A DNA stretch of 52,033 bases from Bryobacter sp. (GTDB taxonomy: Bacteria > Acidobacteriota > Terriglobia > Bryobacterales > Bryobacteraceae): the NCBI GenBank assembly GCA_025356215.1, contig JANXUM010000262.1, forward strand, positions 1-52,033. The letters are read 5' to 3'. Every line of letters starts with the position of its first letter. Position 1 is the stretch's first letter. The translations under genes and the position numbers were made by a program. Below the pieces are notes generated by a model. That model saw nothing but the letters and a program-made list of their open reading frames with translations. It made no database searches and was not told the origin of the DNA. This document shows, piece after piece, positions 38,404 through 48,185 of the stretch.

Positions 38404-38604
38404 ATCGGTACGATTCAGAGCCGAGGTGGCTCGGATTCGATCAGTCGCCAAGCTGGAGCGACTTCTTGTGCGTTCTTGTATTCACTGGGATGTTCAGATC
38501 AGCAACTGTTATTGTGTCGGTAGGGAGTACGCGCCGACTTGAGCGGTTGCGTCAAGAGCCCATAGCAGGATAGGGACTTAGCGCGAGGCGTAACGGGTCG
38601 GCTA

Positions 38605-38682
38605 GGCGGCGTGGTCAAGCGGCATCTGGGACAGCCGGATTTGGCGCGGGTGTTTCCGGGCTTTGCGGGGTCGGGGAAGCTT
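38605..38682 (+). repeat. Direct repeat copy 2: orphan duplicate of the DUF1501 3' end
   Basis: Reads GGVVKRHLGQPDLARVFPGFAGSGKL then SLLA*; differences from copy 1 are synonymous. Confidence 0.95.
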
Positions 38683-38708
38683 TCGCTGTTGGCTTGAGCG
38701 CGGCGGGT

Positions 38709-39023
38709 CTATTCCTCTCGGCCCCTCAAGATAGCCGCCATTACACGGGGGCTGCGGTGGACATGGATGACTGCGACCACCCAGAGCGGCCTTTCATCAG
38801 GCGCGCAGGCAATTCAGTAGTCGCGAACCTGAGTGAATCGTAATGGCCGCGAGCTCAGGTCGAGTCGGCGATGTCCTTGGTGAGGAAACGGAACCAAAGC
38901 TCGGACGGAAGCAAGGATCTCGCCAACCACTCGATCTGCGCCTTCAACGCTGTCCGACCGAATGAATTCCCAAATTTCGTCAAGATCGATTCTTGCTTCC
39001 GGATGGAAGGCATATCCCGTCAT
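38709..39023 (-). pseudogene. RelE/ParE-family toxin with in-frame TGA
   Basis: MTGYAFHPEARIDLDEIWEFI...GHRRLDL..RPLRF..VRDY* continues in frame IACAPDERPLWVVAVIHVHRSPRVMAAILRGREE*. Confidence 0.82.
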
Positions 39024-39268
39024 CAGCCAGATTGTAGCCGCGACGCGGCCGAGCTTTTCTCGCGGAAGTATGCTTCAATTTCATCGGCGGGGATAAGCTT
39101 CACTTCGCCGCTCTTGATCTCGTCGTACCGGGAATTCAGCATTTCGTGAACCTCCATGAGATGTTCGACGTAACCGGCGACAGCATCCTGAACGAGTGTG
39201 CTCGCGGCGCGCCCACTCTCGCGAGCCAACCGATCAAGCTTCTCCTGCACCTCGGGTTTGAATTGCAC
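39023..39268 (-). CDS. Putative antitoxin (RHH/ParD-like)
   Basis: VQEKLDRLARESGRAASTLVQDA...RYDEIKSGEVKLIP; TGATG overlap with the toxin; GTG start, possible frameshift after upstream ATG. Confidence 0.7.
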   Translation of the reverse strand: MQFKPEVQEKLDRLARESGRAASTLVQDAVAGYVEHLMEVHEMLNSRYDEIKSGEVKLIPADEIEAYFREKSSAASRLQSG

Positions 39269-39417
39269 TTCTCATGAGTTGACCCCCCCTATTGTATTTT
39301 CACACTAGCGGAAATTGGAGCCTCTGTCACGAGCACCGTGCAATTCCAAGTACCGTAGCGTTTCACATCCAACCGCGATAGAATCTGAACAAATCCTAAG
39401 CTGGGAGGCCTCTGGCC

Positions 39418-40797
39418 ATGTTCCGATTTGATGCCGACAAGTCTGTTGAATTCTGCGACGGATCGCGACGGCGCGACTTTCTTCACGCGGGCTCGTTGTC
39501 GATGCTCGGTTTGGGCATGACGCAGTTCACCGCCCTCAAGGCCTTGGGTGCCGTGGACACCGCAAAGACCGATGTCAATTGCATCTTCCTGATGCTTGTC
39601 GGCGCGCCCAGCCAATTGGACACCTGGGATATGAAGCCCAACGCACCAAGCGAAATCCGTGGGCCGTTTAAGCCGATCAAGACCAATGTCGCCGGGATCG
39701 AGATCAGTGAGAACTTCCCTCGCATGGCTAAGCACGCCGACAAATATTCGATTGTGCGCGGGATGAATCACACCGCCGCCGCCGTGCATGACACCGGCCA
39801 CCAGATGATGCAGACCGGGCGCCTGTTTCAGGGCGGCACCGAGCACCCCAGCATCGGCTGCGTTCTAAGCAAGCTCAAAGGGCCAAAGGGCGACGTGCCA
39901 GCGCATGTGCTCTTGCCGCGGCCCATTGGCAACACTGGCGGCAACATGCCGCACGGCCAGAGTGCCGGCTTCCTGGGTAAGACCTTCGATCCATTTGTTC
40001 TAAATGCTGACCCTAGCGACCCGAACTTCCGCGTGCCAGATATGCTGCCGCCAGACTACCTGACCGCGCTGCGCGTCGACCGGCGCAAGAACTGGCGCGA
40101 GGCCGTCGACAAAGCTGTCAATCGATTTGAGACGTCGCAGGACGCGCGCTTGATGGACAACACCTTCCATCAGGCTTACACGCTGATGTCGAGCCAGAAG
40201 GCCCGCGAAGCATTTGAGTTGCATCAAGAGACCGAGGCGATGCGCGAGAAGTATGGCCTGAATCGTTTTGGGCAGAGTTGTCTGCTGGCGCGACGGATGG
40301 TGGAGGCGGGCGTGCGCTTTGTCACCGTCAATATGTTTGAGACTGTCTTTGACGAGATCACCTGGGACATTCATGGGTCGCGGCCTTTTTCTCCGATCAG
40401 TTGCTACAAGGATCTTGTCGGCCCGATGTTCGACAACGCGTACGCGTCGCTCCTCGAAGACTTAAAAGATCGCGGACTCCTCGAAAACACAATGGTGATC
40501 GCATGCGGCGAATTTGGCCGGACGCCGAAGATCAACCCCGCCGGCGGACGCGACCATTGGCCGCAATGCTGGAGCATCCTGATGGGCGGTGGGCCGCTGA
40601 AGGGCGGCACGGTTGTGGGTGCCTCCGACGAGATTGGCGCGTATCCCAAAGACCGGCCGACGACGCCGGCCGAGGTGGCGGCCACCATTTATAAGGGCTT
40701 GGGCATTGACCTCACCATCGAGTTGCCCGGGGCGCAAGGGCGCCCAATTCCGCTGGTCGAGCGTGGCGTTGAAGCAATTTCTCAATTGATTGGCTAA
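39418..40797 (+). CDS. DUF1501-family protein (planctomycete-type)
   Basis: SRRDFLHAG, GAPSQLDTWDMKP, FGQSCLLARRMVEAGVRFV, WDIH, GEFGRTPKIN..GRDHW. Confidence 0.93.
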   Translation: MFRFDADKSVEFCDGSRRRDFLHAGSLSMLGLGMTQFTALKALGAVDTAKTDVNCIFLMLVGAPSQLDTWDMKPNAPSEIRGPFKPIKTNVAGIEISENFPRMAKHADKYSIVRGMNHTAAAVHDTGHQMMQTGRLFQGGTEHPSIGCVLSKLKGPKGDVPAHVLLPRPIGNTGGNMPHGQSAGFLGKTFDPFVLNADPSDPNFRVPDMLPPDYLTALRVDRRKNWREAVDKAVNRFETSQDARLMDNTFHQAYTLMSSQKAREAFELHQETEAMREKYGLNRFGQSCLLARRMVEAGVRFVTVNMFETVFDEITWDIHGSRPFSPISCYKDLVGPMFDNAYASLLEDLKDRGLLENTMVIACGEFGRTPKINPAGGRDHWPQCWSILMGGGPLKGGTVVGASDEIGAYPKDRPTTPAEVAATIYKGLGIDLTIELPGAQGRPIPLVERGVEAISQLIG

Positions 40798-40801
40798 GAA
40801 C

Positions 40802-43243
40802 ATGAAGCACCTGATTTGTTTGGGGCTGCTGTGCGCCGGGCTGTCCGCCGCGCCAGCCAAGCTGACGCTCTATCCGCAGAGCGTGACGTTGAATTCACGC
40901 GAGAGCCGGCAGCAGTTACTGGCCGAGGCCAGTGTCGACGGACTGTCTGAGGACTGGACACGCAATACCCAGTGGACCTCATCCAACCCCTTGATCGCCG
41001 AGGTGGACGCGGGCGGCATGGTGACGCCAAAAGGCGACGGCGAAGCGACGATTACCGCCAAGTCCGGTGAGACGACGGCGACGTTGAAGGTGGCCGTCAA
41101 GAATACGAAGGGCGTCTTCAATTGGGGCTTTCGCGAGCACGTCATCCCGATCCTGAGCAAGCGCGGCTGCAACCAGGGTGCCTGTCACGGCGCGCTGGCC
41201 GGCAAGAACGGCTTTAAGCTGACCCTGCGCGGCTACGACCCCGAAGTCGATTACGATGTTTTGACGCGCCAAGGCCAGGGTCGCCGCGTATTGCTGGCCG
41301 ACCCTGAGAAGAGCTTGATGCTGCAGAAGGCGTCGTTCGGCATCCCCCATGGCGGGGGCCGCTTGTTGAAGAAGGATTCGCTGGAATACCGGGTCATCCG
41401 CGAGTGGATCGAGGCGGGAGCACCCGCGCCGTCGGCCAAGGACGTTGAGGTGGTGGGGCTGGAGGTGTATCCGAAGAGCGCCATCCTCAAGCCTGGTTCT
41501 GAGCAGCAGTTGGTGGTGCGGGCCAAGTACAGCGATGGCCGCTTTGAGGATGTGACGCGCTGGACAAAGTACAGCTCAAACGACGAGGGCGTGGCGCAAG
41601 TGGACGACGGTACTGGACGCGTAAAGATGCTGGGCCGCGGCGAGGCCGCTATCACGCTTTGGTATTCGAGCAAAGTGCTCTACACCCGCTTAGCTGTGCC
41701 CACCGCCAATGAGGTGAGTGCCGACAAGTACACCAAGTTTTCCAAACGCAACTACATCGACGACCTGGTGCTGGCCAAGCTGAAGAGCCTGAACATTGAG
41801 CCGTCTGTGAACGCGCCCGATGAGATGTTCATCCGCCGCGCCTATCTGGACGCCGCCGGCGTCCTGCCCACGGCCGAAGAAGTAGAAAACTTCCTGAGCG
41901 AAAAGAGCCCCGACAAGCGCGCAAAGCTTGTCGAACAGATCTTGGCCAAGGATGAATTCACCGATTACTGGGCCTATAAGTGGAGCGACTTACTGCTGGT
42001 GAATTCGCGTAAGTTGGGAGCGGTGGGAACGCAGAGTTTCTATAACTGGATTCGTGAGAGCGTCAAGACAAACAAGCACTGGGACAGCTTTGCCACCGAG
42101 TTGCTGACGTCGAGCGGCAGCACGCGCCAGAACGGGGCGTTGAATTACTTTGTGCTGCACAAGGACCCGATCGACTTGGCCGAGAATGCCACTCAAGCCT
42201 TTCTTGGGCAACGGCTAACCTGCGCGCGCTGCCATAACCATCCGATGGAGAAGTGGACGCAAAAGCAGTACTACCAGATGGCGAATCTGTTTGCCCGCGT
42301 GGGGCTGAAGAACGGAAACACAATGGGCGAGACGGTGGTGTTTGCGCGTCCCAGCGGCGATGTGGTCCATCCCCGGCTGCTAAAGGCGCTGAACCCGACG
42401 CCGCTCGATGGTGAGGAGATGAGCCTGGAGAGCACGGCCGACCGTCGCGTGCATTTTGCGAAATGGCTGACTTCGCCGAGCAACCAGTTCTTCTCTCGCA
42501 ACCTGGTGAATCGGGTATTCGGCAATTTTATGGGCCGCGGCCTCACCGACCCGGTGGACGACGTGCGACCGACCAACCCGGCCTCCAACGAAGAATTGTT
42601 CGACGCGCTGGTGAAGGACTTCAGTAAGGACTTTGACGTTAAGCGACTGATCCGGACGATCATGAATTCGGCAACGTATCAGTTATCGAGCGAGCCCAAC
42701 GCGTCCAATCAAGGTGACGCCAAGTATTACTCGCATTACATTCTGAAGCGACTGCCAGCCGAGGTGCTGCTCGATTCGATGAGTCAAGTGACTGGCGTCG
42801 CGACGGCCTTTGATGGATACCCTGGCGGGACGCGCGCGCTTCAATTGCCCGACGTACAGGTGAAGAGCGAGTTTCTAAACGTCTTTGGGCGGCCCAAACG
42901 GGTGATCTGCGACGCGGGCGAGAGATCGAGCGACCCCAGTATCGCTCAGGCCTTGCATGTAATTAACGGTGAGACTTTGAACCGCAAGCTGATGGCCAAG
43001 GACGGCTACGTCAGCCTCTTCCTGAAGCTGGGCTTGAGCGACCAGAGGATGATCGAACAGGTGTATCTATCGGCATTTGGACGCTATCCGAGCGAGAGCG
43101 AGAAGCAGCGAGCGGTAGAACTGCTCAGAAGCTCGCGTATCGACAAAGGCACGGCGGACGCGGTGCTGCAATCGCGGCGGCAAAGCGCGGAAGACCTGAT
43201 GTGGGCGCTGCTGACCAGCAAGGAGTTCTTGTTCAACCAATGA
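40802..43243 (+). CDS. DUF1549/DUF1553 (PSD1-type) exported protein with Ig-like domains
   Basis: Signal peptide, two Big_2-like units, GCNQGACHG, FIRRAYLD, CARCHNHP, NRVFGNFMGRGL, RLPAEVLLD, EDLMWALLTSKEFLFN. Confidence 0.9.
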   Translation: MKHLICLGLLCAGLSAAPAKLTLYPQSVTLNSRESRQQLLAEASVDGLSEDWTRNTQWTSSNPLIAEVDAGGMVTPKGDGEATITAKSGETTATLKVAVKNTKGVFNWGFREHVIPILSKRGCNQGACHGALAGKNGFKLTLRGYDPEVDYDVLTRQGQGRRVLLADPEKSLMLQKASFGIPHGGGRLLKKDSLEYRVIREWIEAGAPAPSAKDVEVVGLEVYPKSAILKPGSEQQLVVRAKYSDGRFEDVTRWTKYSSNDEGVAQVDDGTGRVKMLGRGEAAITLWYSSKVLYTRLAVPTANEVSADKYTKFSKRNYIDDLVLAKLKSLNIEPSVNAPDEMFIRRAYLDAAGVLPTAEEVENFLSEKSPDKRAKLVEQILAKDEFTDYWAYKWSDLLLVNSRKLGAVGTQSFYNWIRESVKTNKHWDSFATELLTSSGSTRQNGALNYFVLHKDPIDLAENATQAFLGQRLTCARCHNHPMEKWTQKQYYQMANLFARVGLKNGNTMGETVVFARPSGDVVHPRLLKALNPTPLDGEEMSLESTADRRVHFAKWLTSPSNQFFSRNLVNRVFGNFMGRGLTDPVDDVRPTNPASNEELFDALVKDFSKDFDVKRLIRTIMNSATYQLSSEPNASNQGDAKYYSHYILKRLPAEVLLDSMSQVTGVATAFDGYPGGTRALQLPDVQVKSEFLNVFGRPKRVICDAGERSSDPSIAQALHVINGETLNRKLMAKDGYVSLFLKLGLSDQRMIEQVYLSAFGRYPSESEKQRAVELLRSSRIDKGTADAVLQSRRQSAEDLMWALLTSKEFLFNQ

Positions 43244-44163
43244 GACGCCGATTGCTGGCTATGTTGCTGTGCCTGCCGCTACCGGCCGCAGTGGTGACGA
43301 AGCAAATCTACTCGCTGGCTTGGCGACCCGACGGCAAGGCAATCGCCCTGGGCGGATATCAGGATGTGCGATTGATGGACGCGAGCGGGCAGGTGGAAAC
43401 CGCCAAACTGGGCGGGCACGCGGACGCGGTGCGGGCGCTGGCGTGGAGTAAAGATGGCGCGATCCTTGCTGCGGCCGGCGGTGTGCCGGGGCGCAAGGGC
43501 GAAGTGAAGGTCTGGCGTGCGAATGGTGAACTACAGACCACAATCAGCGGTCACGCGGACTGCGTCTACGGCTTGGCAATTTCGCCCGACGGCAGGACGA
43601 TTGCGACATCAAGCTATGACAAGCTGATCAAGCTTTGGGACGCGGCAACGGGTAAGGAGATTCGCACGCTGAAGGACCACATCGATTCGATCTACGCGCT
43701 CGATTTCACGCCCGACGGCAAGCGTCTGGTGAGCGGTGCCGCCGACAGGTCAATCAAGGTTTGGAACGTCGAGACGGGCGAAAGGCTGTTTACGATGAGC
43801 GAGCCGACCGATGGAATCAACAGCCTGGCGGTTTCTCCGGACGGCAAGTGGATCGCGGCGGCGGGGCAGGACAAGACGGTGCGCGTGTGGGCGCTCGGGG
43901 ACAAGGGCGCGACGCTGACGACGTCGATGATCGCTCATGAAGACGCGATCTTGCGGGTGGTGTGGAGCCGGGACGGAAAGCGTTTGCTGACCAGTTCGGC
44001 CGACAGGAGCCTGAAGCTGTTCAAGGCCTCGGATTTGAGCGAGTTGAAGACCTTCGCCAAGCAGCCGGATTGGGCCTATGGCTTGGAGTTTTCGCCCGAT
44101 GGCGCGAAGGTGGCGGTGGGAAGAATGAACGGGACTTTGTCGATCCTAGAGGTGACGCCGTGA
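43240..44163 (+). CDS. WD40-repeat protein
   Basis: Repeats such as GHADAVRALAWSKDG, SYDKLIKLWD, ADRSIKVWN; ATGA overlap. Confidence 0.92.
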   Translation: MRRRLLAMLLCLPLPAAVVTKQIYSLAWRPDGKAIALGGYQDVRLMDASGQVETAKLGGHADAVRALAWSKDGAILAAAGGVPGRKGEVKVWRANGELQTTISGHADCVYGLAISPDGRTIATSSYDKLIKLWDAATGKEIRTLKDHIDSIYALDFTPDGKRLVSGAADRSIKVWNVETGERLFTMSEPTDGINSLAVSPDGKWIAAAGQDKTVRVWALGDKGATLTTSMIAHEDAILRVVWSRDGKRLLTSSADRSLKLFKASDLSELKTFAKQPDWAYGLEFSPDGAKVAVGRMNGTLSILEVTP

Positions 44164-46496
44164 AGAAGACGATGCTGATGGCGCTGGCTTGCGCTGGATT
44201 GAGTTTTGCCCAGAAGGCGGAGGATTGGCCTAGCGGCACGCGAATTACTCCGCCGACGATCTCGCGCGTATCGCCGCAGGGGATGGCACGCGGCATGACG
44301 GTGGAAATGGAGATTGAAGGCTTCAATCTCGCCAAGGCATCGGCCATCTACTTCAGCGAGAAGGGGGTGACGGGTAAGATCCTGCGCGTGAAGGAACTGC
44401 CCGACCTGCCGGATATTCGCATCGGCGCAAATGGCGGTGTGTCAACGATCGATCTGGGCCCGCTGCCGCCGCGTAACCAAGTGACGGTGGAGGTTGAGAT
44501 CGGCTTGGGGGCCAAGATTGGGCCGGTGAATTTTCGCGTGCTAACGCCGCTTGGCACCAGCCCAATGAGCACCTTCCTGGTGGAGCCGTTCTACGGCGAG
44601 GCTGCCGATATGGAGCCAAACGACACGATCGACAACGCGCCGGAAGTGTATCTGCCCGCGATCTTTGTAGGCACGATCGGGCGCAACGGCGATGTCGATA
44701 CCTATAAGATCAAGGCCCGTGCGGGGCAGCAGATCGTGTTTGAGAACGGGGCGACTCTGCTCGGGTCCACGTTGCAGCCGATCGTGCGCATCCTTGCCGA
44801 GGACCAGACGGTAATGGCCGAGTTTGGGCAAGACGGGGGCGATAGCGTCCGGGCCTTTGCCCATCGTTTTTCGAAGGCCGGGACTTACTATGTGCAGATC
44901 AGCGACTTTCAACAGACGGGCAGGGCGAGTCATAGCTATCGCTTGAAGGCTGGAGAGTTTCCCGTTGTGACGGGGCTTTATCCTTTGGGGCTGCAACAAG
45001 GCAAGACGGCGAAGATCCGCGCCGAGGGGCTGAATGTGGGAGACGGGACTTTTGAGGTGCAGGGCACGCCGAGCGATCGGGACGCCTTTGCCGTGATGAC
45101 GCGTCCGAAGCTGACGACGGGCGCTGCGTTCAACGAGGTTCGGCTGGAACTTGGTCAACACCCGGAGGTTGAGGCTGGGACCGGGGCGAACCAATTGGCG
45201 ATTCCTTCGACGGTGAATGGCAGGCTGAAGTCGGCGGCGGCTTTCCGCTTTCGGGCCAAGAAGGGCGAGAAGCTTGTATTCGAGGTTGACGCGCGCCGCG
45301 CCGGTAGCGACATCGATTCGTTCCTGGAGGTGTTGGACGCGGGCGGCAAGCCGATCGAACATACGGTGCTTCGGCCGGTTTGGGAAACGACAACGGTACT
45401 GCGGGACCACGACAGCGCGGCGCGAGGGATCCGGCTCAATTCATGGAACGCGATTCAGGTGGGCGATTACTTGATGTACGGCAGCGAAGTGATCAAGGTG
45501 AGCGCGATGCCCAAGAGCCCGGATGACGATATGGTGTTTGAGAGCTTCAACGGGCAGCGAATCACGTATTTTGGCACGTCGCCCGAGGCGCACGCCATCG
45601 ACAGCAGCATCTACAAAGTACAGGTGCATCCGGCGGGATCGAAGTTTACTCCCAACGGTCTGCCACTGGCGCGGCTTTATTACAACAACGACGATGGGGG
45701 CCCGGGCTTTGGTAAGGATTCGTTGTTGGAGTTTACGGCGCCGGCGGACGGCGAATATCAGTTGAAGTTGCGCGACGTGCGGGGCGACTTGGCCAGCGCG
45801 CAAGCCTACCGACTGACGGCGCGGCATCCGGAGCCGGACTTCCGGCTATCGATGAATCCTCGCAATGTGAATGTTCCTCCGGGGAGCGCGGTGCCGGTGA
45901 CGATGCAGGCGTTCCGGATGGACGGATTTGACGGTCCGATCTCATTGACGGTGGAGGGATTGCCCAAGGGAGTCACGGCTTCGGCCGCCGTGGTGCCTCC
46001 GGGCCAGGTGTTTGCGACGATCCTTTTGAGGAGTGACGCGGCGCTGGCGGTTTCTGATCAGGCCTTCCCGATCGAGGTGGTGGGCCATAGCGGACAACTG
46101 CGGCGCTATGCCAATCAAGAAGACCCATTGAAGCTTCTCTCGGTGATGCCGCGCCCGGACATCTCGGTTTCGGCGATCACCAAGGTTGTCGAAATCGAGG
46201 CTGGCGGAACGGCGGAGGTGAACTTGAGCGTTGAGCGGCTTAACGGATTCAAAGGGCGAATTCCCATATCGGTTTTGAATCTGCCGCCGTCTGTACGAGT
46301 GCTGGACGTTGGCCTGAACGGCGTGCTGGTCAATGAAGACGAGACGGCGCGGGGATTTACGCTGGCGGCGTTGCCGGGCAGCGTGGCATTGGAACAGGTG
46401 ATCTATGTTGCCGGCAATGTTGAGACGCGAAGCCCACAACAGAACCAATTCGCCGCGCCGGAGGCGATTTTGCTGAGAATCAAACAAAAGCGTTAG
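44160..46496 (+). CDS. Exported pre-peptidase C-terminal (PPC) domain protein
   Basis: GTG start overlapping WD40 stop; signal peptide; EPNDT, GDVDTY, GTYYVQI, NDDGGP..DSLLEFTAPADGEY. Confidence 0.8.
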   Translation: MKKTMLMALACAGLSFAQKAEDWPSGTRITPPTISRVSPQGMARGMTVEMEIEGFNLAKASAIYFSEKGVTGKILRVKELPDLPDIRIGANGGVSTIDLGPLPPRNQVTVEVEIGLGAKIGPVNFRVLTPLGTSPMSTFLVEPFYGEAADMEPNDTIDNAPEVYLPAIFVGTIGRNGDVDTYKIKARAGQQIVFENGATLLGSTLQPIVRILAEDQTVMAEFGQDGGDSVRAFAHRFSKAGTYYVQISDFQQTGRASHSYRLKAGEFPVVTGLYPLGLQQGKTAKIRAEGLNVGDGTFEVQGTPSDRDAFAVMTRPKLTTGAAFNEVRLELGQHPEVEAGTGANQLAIPSTVNGRLKSAAAFRFRAKKGEKLVFEVDARRAGSDIDSFLEVLDAGGKPIEHTVLRPVWETTTVLRDHDSAARGIRLNSWNAIQVGDYLMYGSEVIKVSAMPKSPDDDMVFESFNGQRITYFGTSPEAHAIDSSIYKVQVHPAGSKFTPNGLPLARLYYNNDDGGPGFGKDSLLEFTAPADGEYQLKLRDVRGDLASAQAYRLTARHPEPDFRLSMNPRNVNVPPGSAVPVTMQAFRMDGFDGPISLTVEGLPKGVTASAAVVPPGQVFATILLRSDAALAVSDQAFPIEVVGHSGQLRRYANQEDPLKLLSVMPRPDISVSAITKVVEIEAGGTAEVNLSVERLNGFKGRIPISVLNLPPSVRVLDVGLNGVLVNEDETARGFTLAALPGSVALEQVIYVAGNVETRSPQQNQFAAPEAILLRIKQKR

Positions 46497-46541
46497 CTCT
46501 CGGTGGGTTGCCTGGTTAGTTAGCTCGAGGAGGGAATGTCG

Positions 46542-47513
46542 CTAACCAAGCAACCCGCCGTGGCCGAGACAGGCCACTTCCCAACCGGAGACGCGGTACT
46601 TTGCGAGCGCCGGAGGGATGAGAAGATCGACGACATTGGGCCGGGCCGAGCGGTGGCAACCGGGTGCCGAGATGATCGGAATGTCGTTTTTGTAAGCCAA
46701 AAGTAGTAAATTGCCGGGTTCGACCGGCGCGAGGAAGCGTTCCACGTGACACCCGAGGCGCACGATGGCGCGGCCAATGACGTCCTCGGGGCCAGCCGGA
46801 GCCGTTGTAGAGGCGACGATAATGGCGGTTGGCTTTGTTCTCACCAAGTGGCTCAAGCCCCTGGTGACCTCGTCTTCGTCTTCCAAGCAGGCCAGCGCAA
46901 AGCTGCTGTTGGCACCGTAGCGCTCTAGACGTTGCCTGACGATGCTCTCAAACAACATGCGTGCGCGGTCGCCATTGATCGGGTCTGAGTAAAGGATGCC
47001 GACCGTAGGCTTGCGGATCGGGCGGGCCTGAAGAATCGCTCCACGTTCTTTGAGAATGCTGACGATCGCTTCCAACTGAGACTTGGCGACAGCAAAAGGG
47101 GCGCTTTTGACGGTGGCGATACGCTGATTGGCTTGGGCGTAGCTTAGGTTTGGAAGGGTAGCGATGACAACGCTGGCAGTGCAGTTGATTTGCTTGAGGA
47201 GATCCTCATCTACCAGTACGCAACAATCCTCGGTCGCCATCAAATTGACTCGACCACCAGGGGCGGGGCGCATTTCGACAGATCCGGCACCGACCTCGCG
47301 ACCCACTGCGATCACGGCGTCGTCCTCCGACACTTCGCCGTCTTCGAGTTGGGTGACCCAAACCTCCTGCATGCCTTCGGTCTGCATCAGGCGAACGTCT
47401 TCTTCGTTTAAGATGTGGCCTTTAGACAAAAGTTTCTTACCGCACGGCTTGAAGATCGTGCAGCAGAGAATTCTTCCTGAGGATTCCAGAATGTCGACGG
47501 TTTGCGCCCGCAT
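46542..47513 (-). CDS. Molybdopterin-binding protein (MoeA-like)
   Basis: LEDGEVSEDDA, GRVNLMA, IATLPN..RIATVK, PVEPGNLLLLAY..PIISAPGC, LGHGGLL; AGGAG RBS. Confidence 0.75.
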   Translation of the reverse strand: MRAQTVDILESSGRILCCTIFKPCGKKLLSKGHILNEEDVRLMQTEGMQEVWVTQLEDGEVSEDDAVIAVGREVGAGSVEMRPAPGGRVNLMATEDCCVLVDEDLLKQINCTASVVIATLPNLSYAQANQRIATVKSAPFAVAKSQLEAIVSILKERGAILQARPIRKPTVGILYSDPINGDRARMLFESIVRQRLERYGANSSFALACLEDEDEVTRGLSHLVRTKPTAIIVASTTAPAGPEDVIGRAIVRLGCHVERFLAPVEPGNLLLLAYKNDIPIISAPGCHRSARPNVVDLLIPPALAKYRVSGWEVACLGHGGLLG

Positions 47514-47624
47514 GGCAACGGTTCTCCTAGAATGAGTCGCCGGTTTAGTACTAGAGTACTATCGTTAAACATTCATTCTATCGTTCTAGTAGTTCTGGAC
47601 CTACAAAGTTCTCAGTATATTTTC

Positions 47625-48185
47625 CTAATGACCTGAGGGGCGAGGGAATGAGATCTCGGGGGCGAAGATCCGGAAGGGCTCGGCGGGGATCGGCGAAGCA
47701 GTGGCTGGCTTCAGCCGTTTGAGGACGGCGATTTCGTCGCAGGCCTGAAATTTTGGGCAGCTTAGACAGTCTTTCCAAGCTTTTAACGGTAGTTCATCAC
47801 GATTGACCAGCGCATAGCCCATTTTGGAGAAGAAATCGGGCACGTAAGTAAAAGCGAAGAGGGCCTGAAGGTTGAACGCCTCGGCCTCTTCATCCAGGGC
47901 CCGCATGAGCACGCGGCCCGCGCCAGTGCCTTTGGTGGCTGGGTCGACAGCGAGGGAGCGGACTTCGGCGATGGTGGGGCCGTAAAAATGAAGAGCTGCG
48001 CAGCCGATGAGCTTGGGCCCCTGGTGAATGACGGTGAAGTCGCGGATGAATTCGGATAGATCGAATTCCGTCCTGGGCAGCATGATCTCTTTGGCGGCGT
48101 AACCGTTGATGAGGGACAAAATGGCCGGGATGTCGGCCATGGCGGCCTTGCGGACCGTAAATTTAGGCGAGGAAGGCTGTGCCAA
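47625..48185 (-). CDS. argA: N-acetylglutamate synthase, short GNAT type
   Basis: INGYAAKEIMLPR, GCAALH..AEVRSLAV, FAFTYVPDFF, LPLKAWKDCLSCPKFQACDEIA; TTG start after AGGAG, overlapping argB. Confidence 0.8.
   Translation of the reverse strand: MAQPSSPKFTVRKAAMADIPAILSLINGYAAKEIMLPRTEFDLSEFIRDFTVIHQGPKLIGCAALHFYGPTIAEVRSLAVDPATKGTGAGRVLMRALDEEAEAFNLQALFAFTYVPDFFSKMGYALVNRDELPLKAWKDCLSCPKFQACDEIAVLKRLKPATASPIPAEPFRIFAPEISFPRPSGH

Noticed and set aside
38814-38816. TGA in the toxin as selenocysteine or programmed readthrough
   Set aside because: Position corresponds to a hydrophobic residue in this family and no SECIS-like context is evident; a nonsense mutation is simpler.
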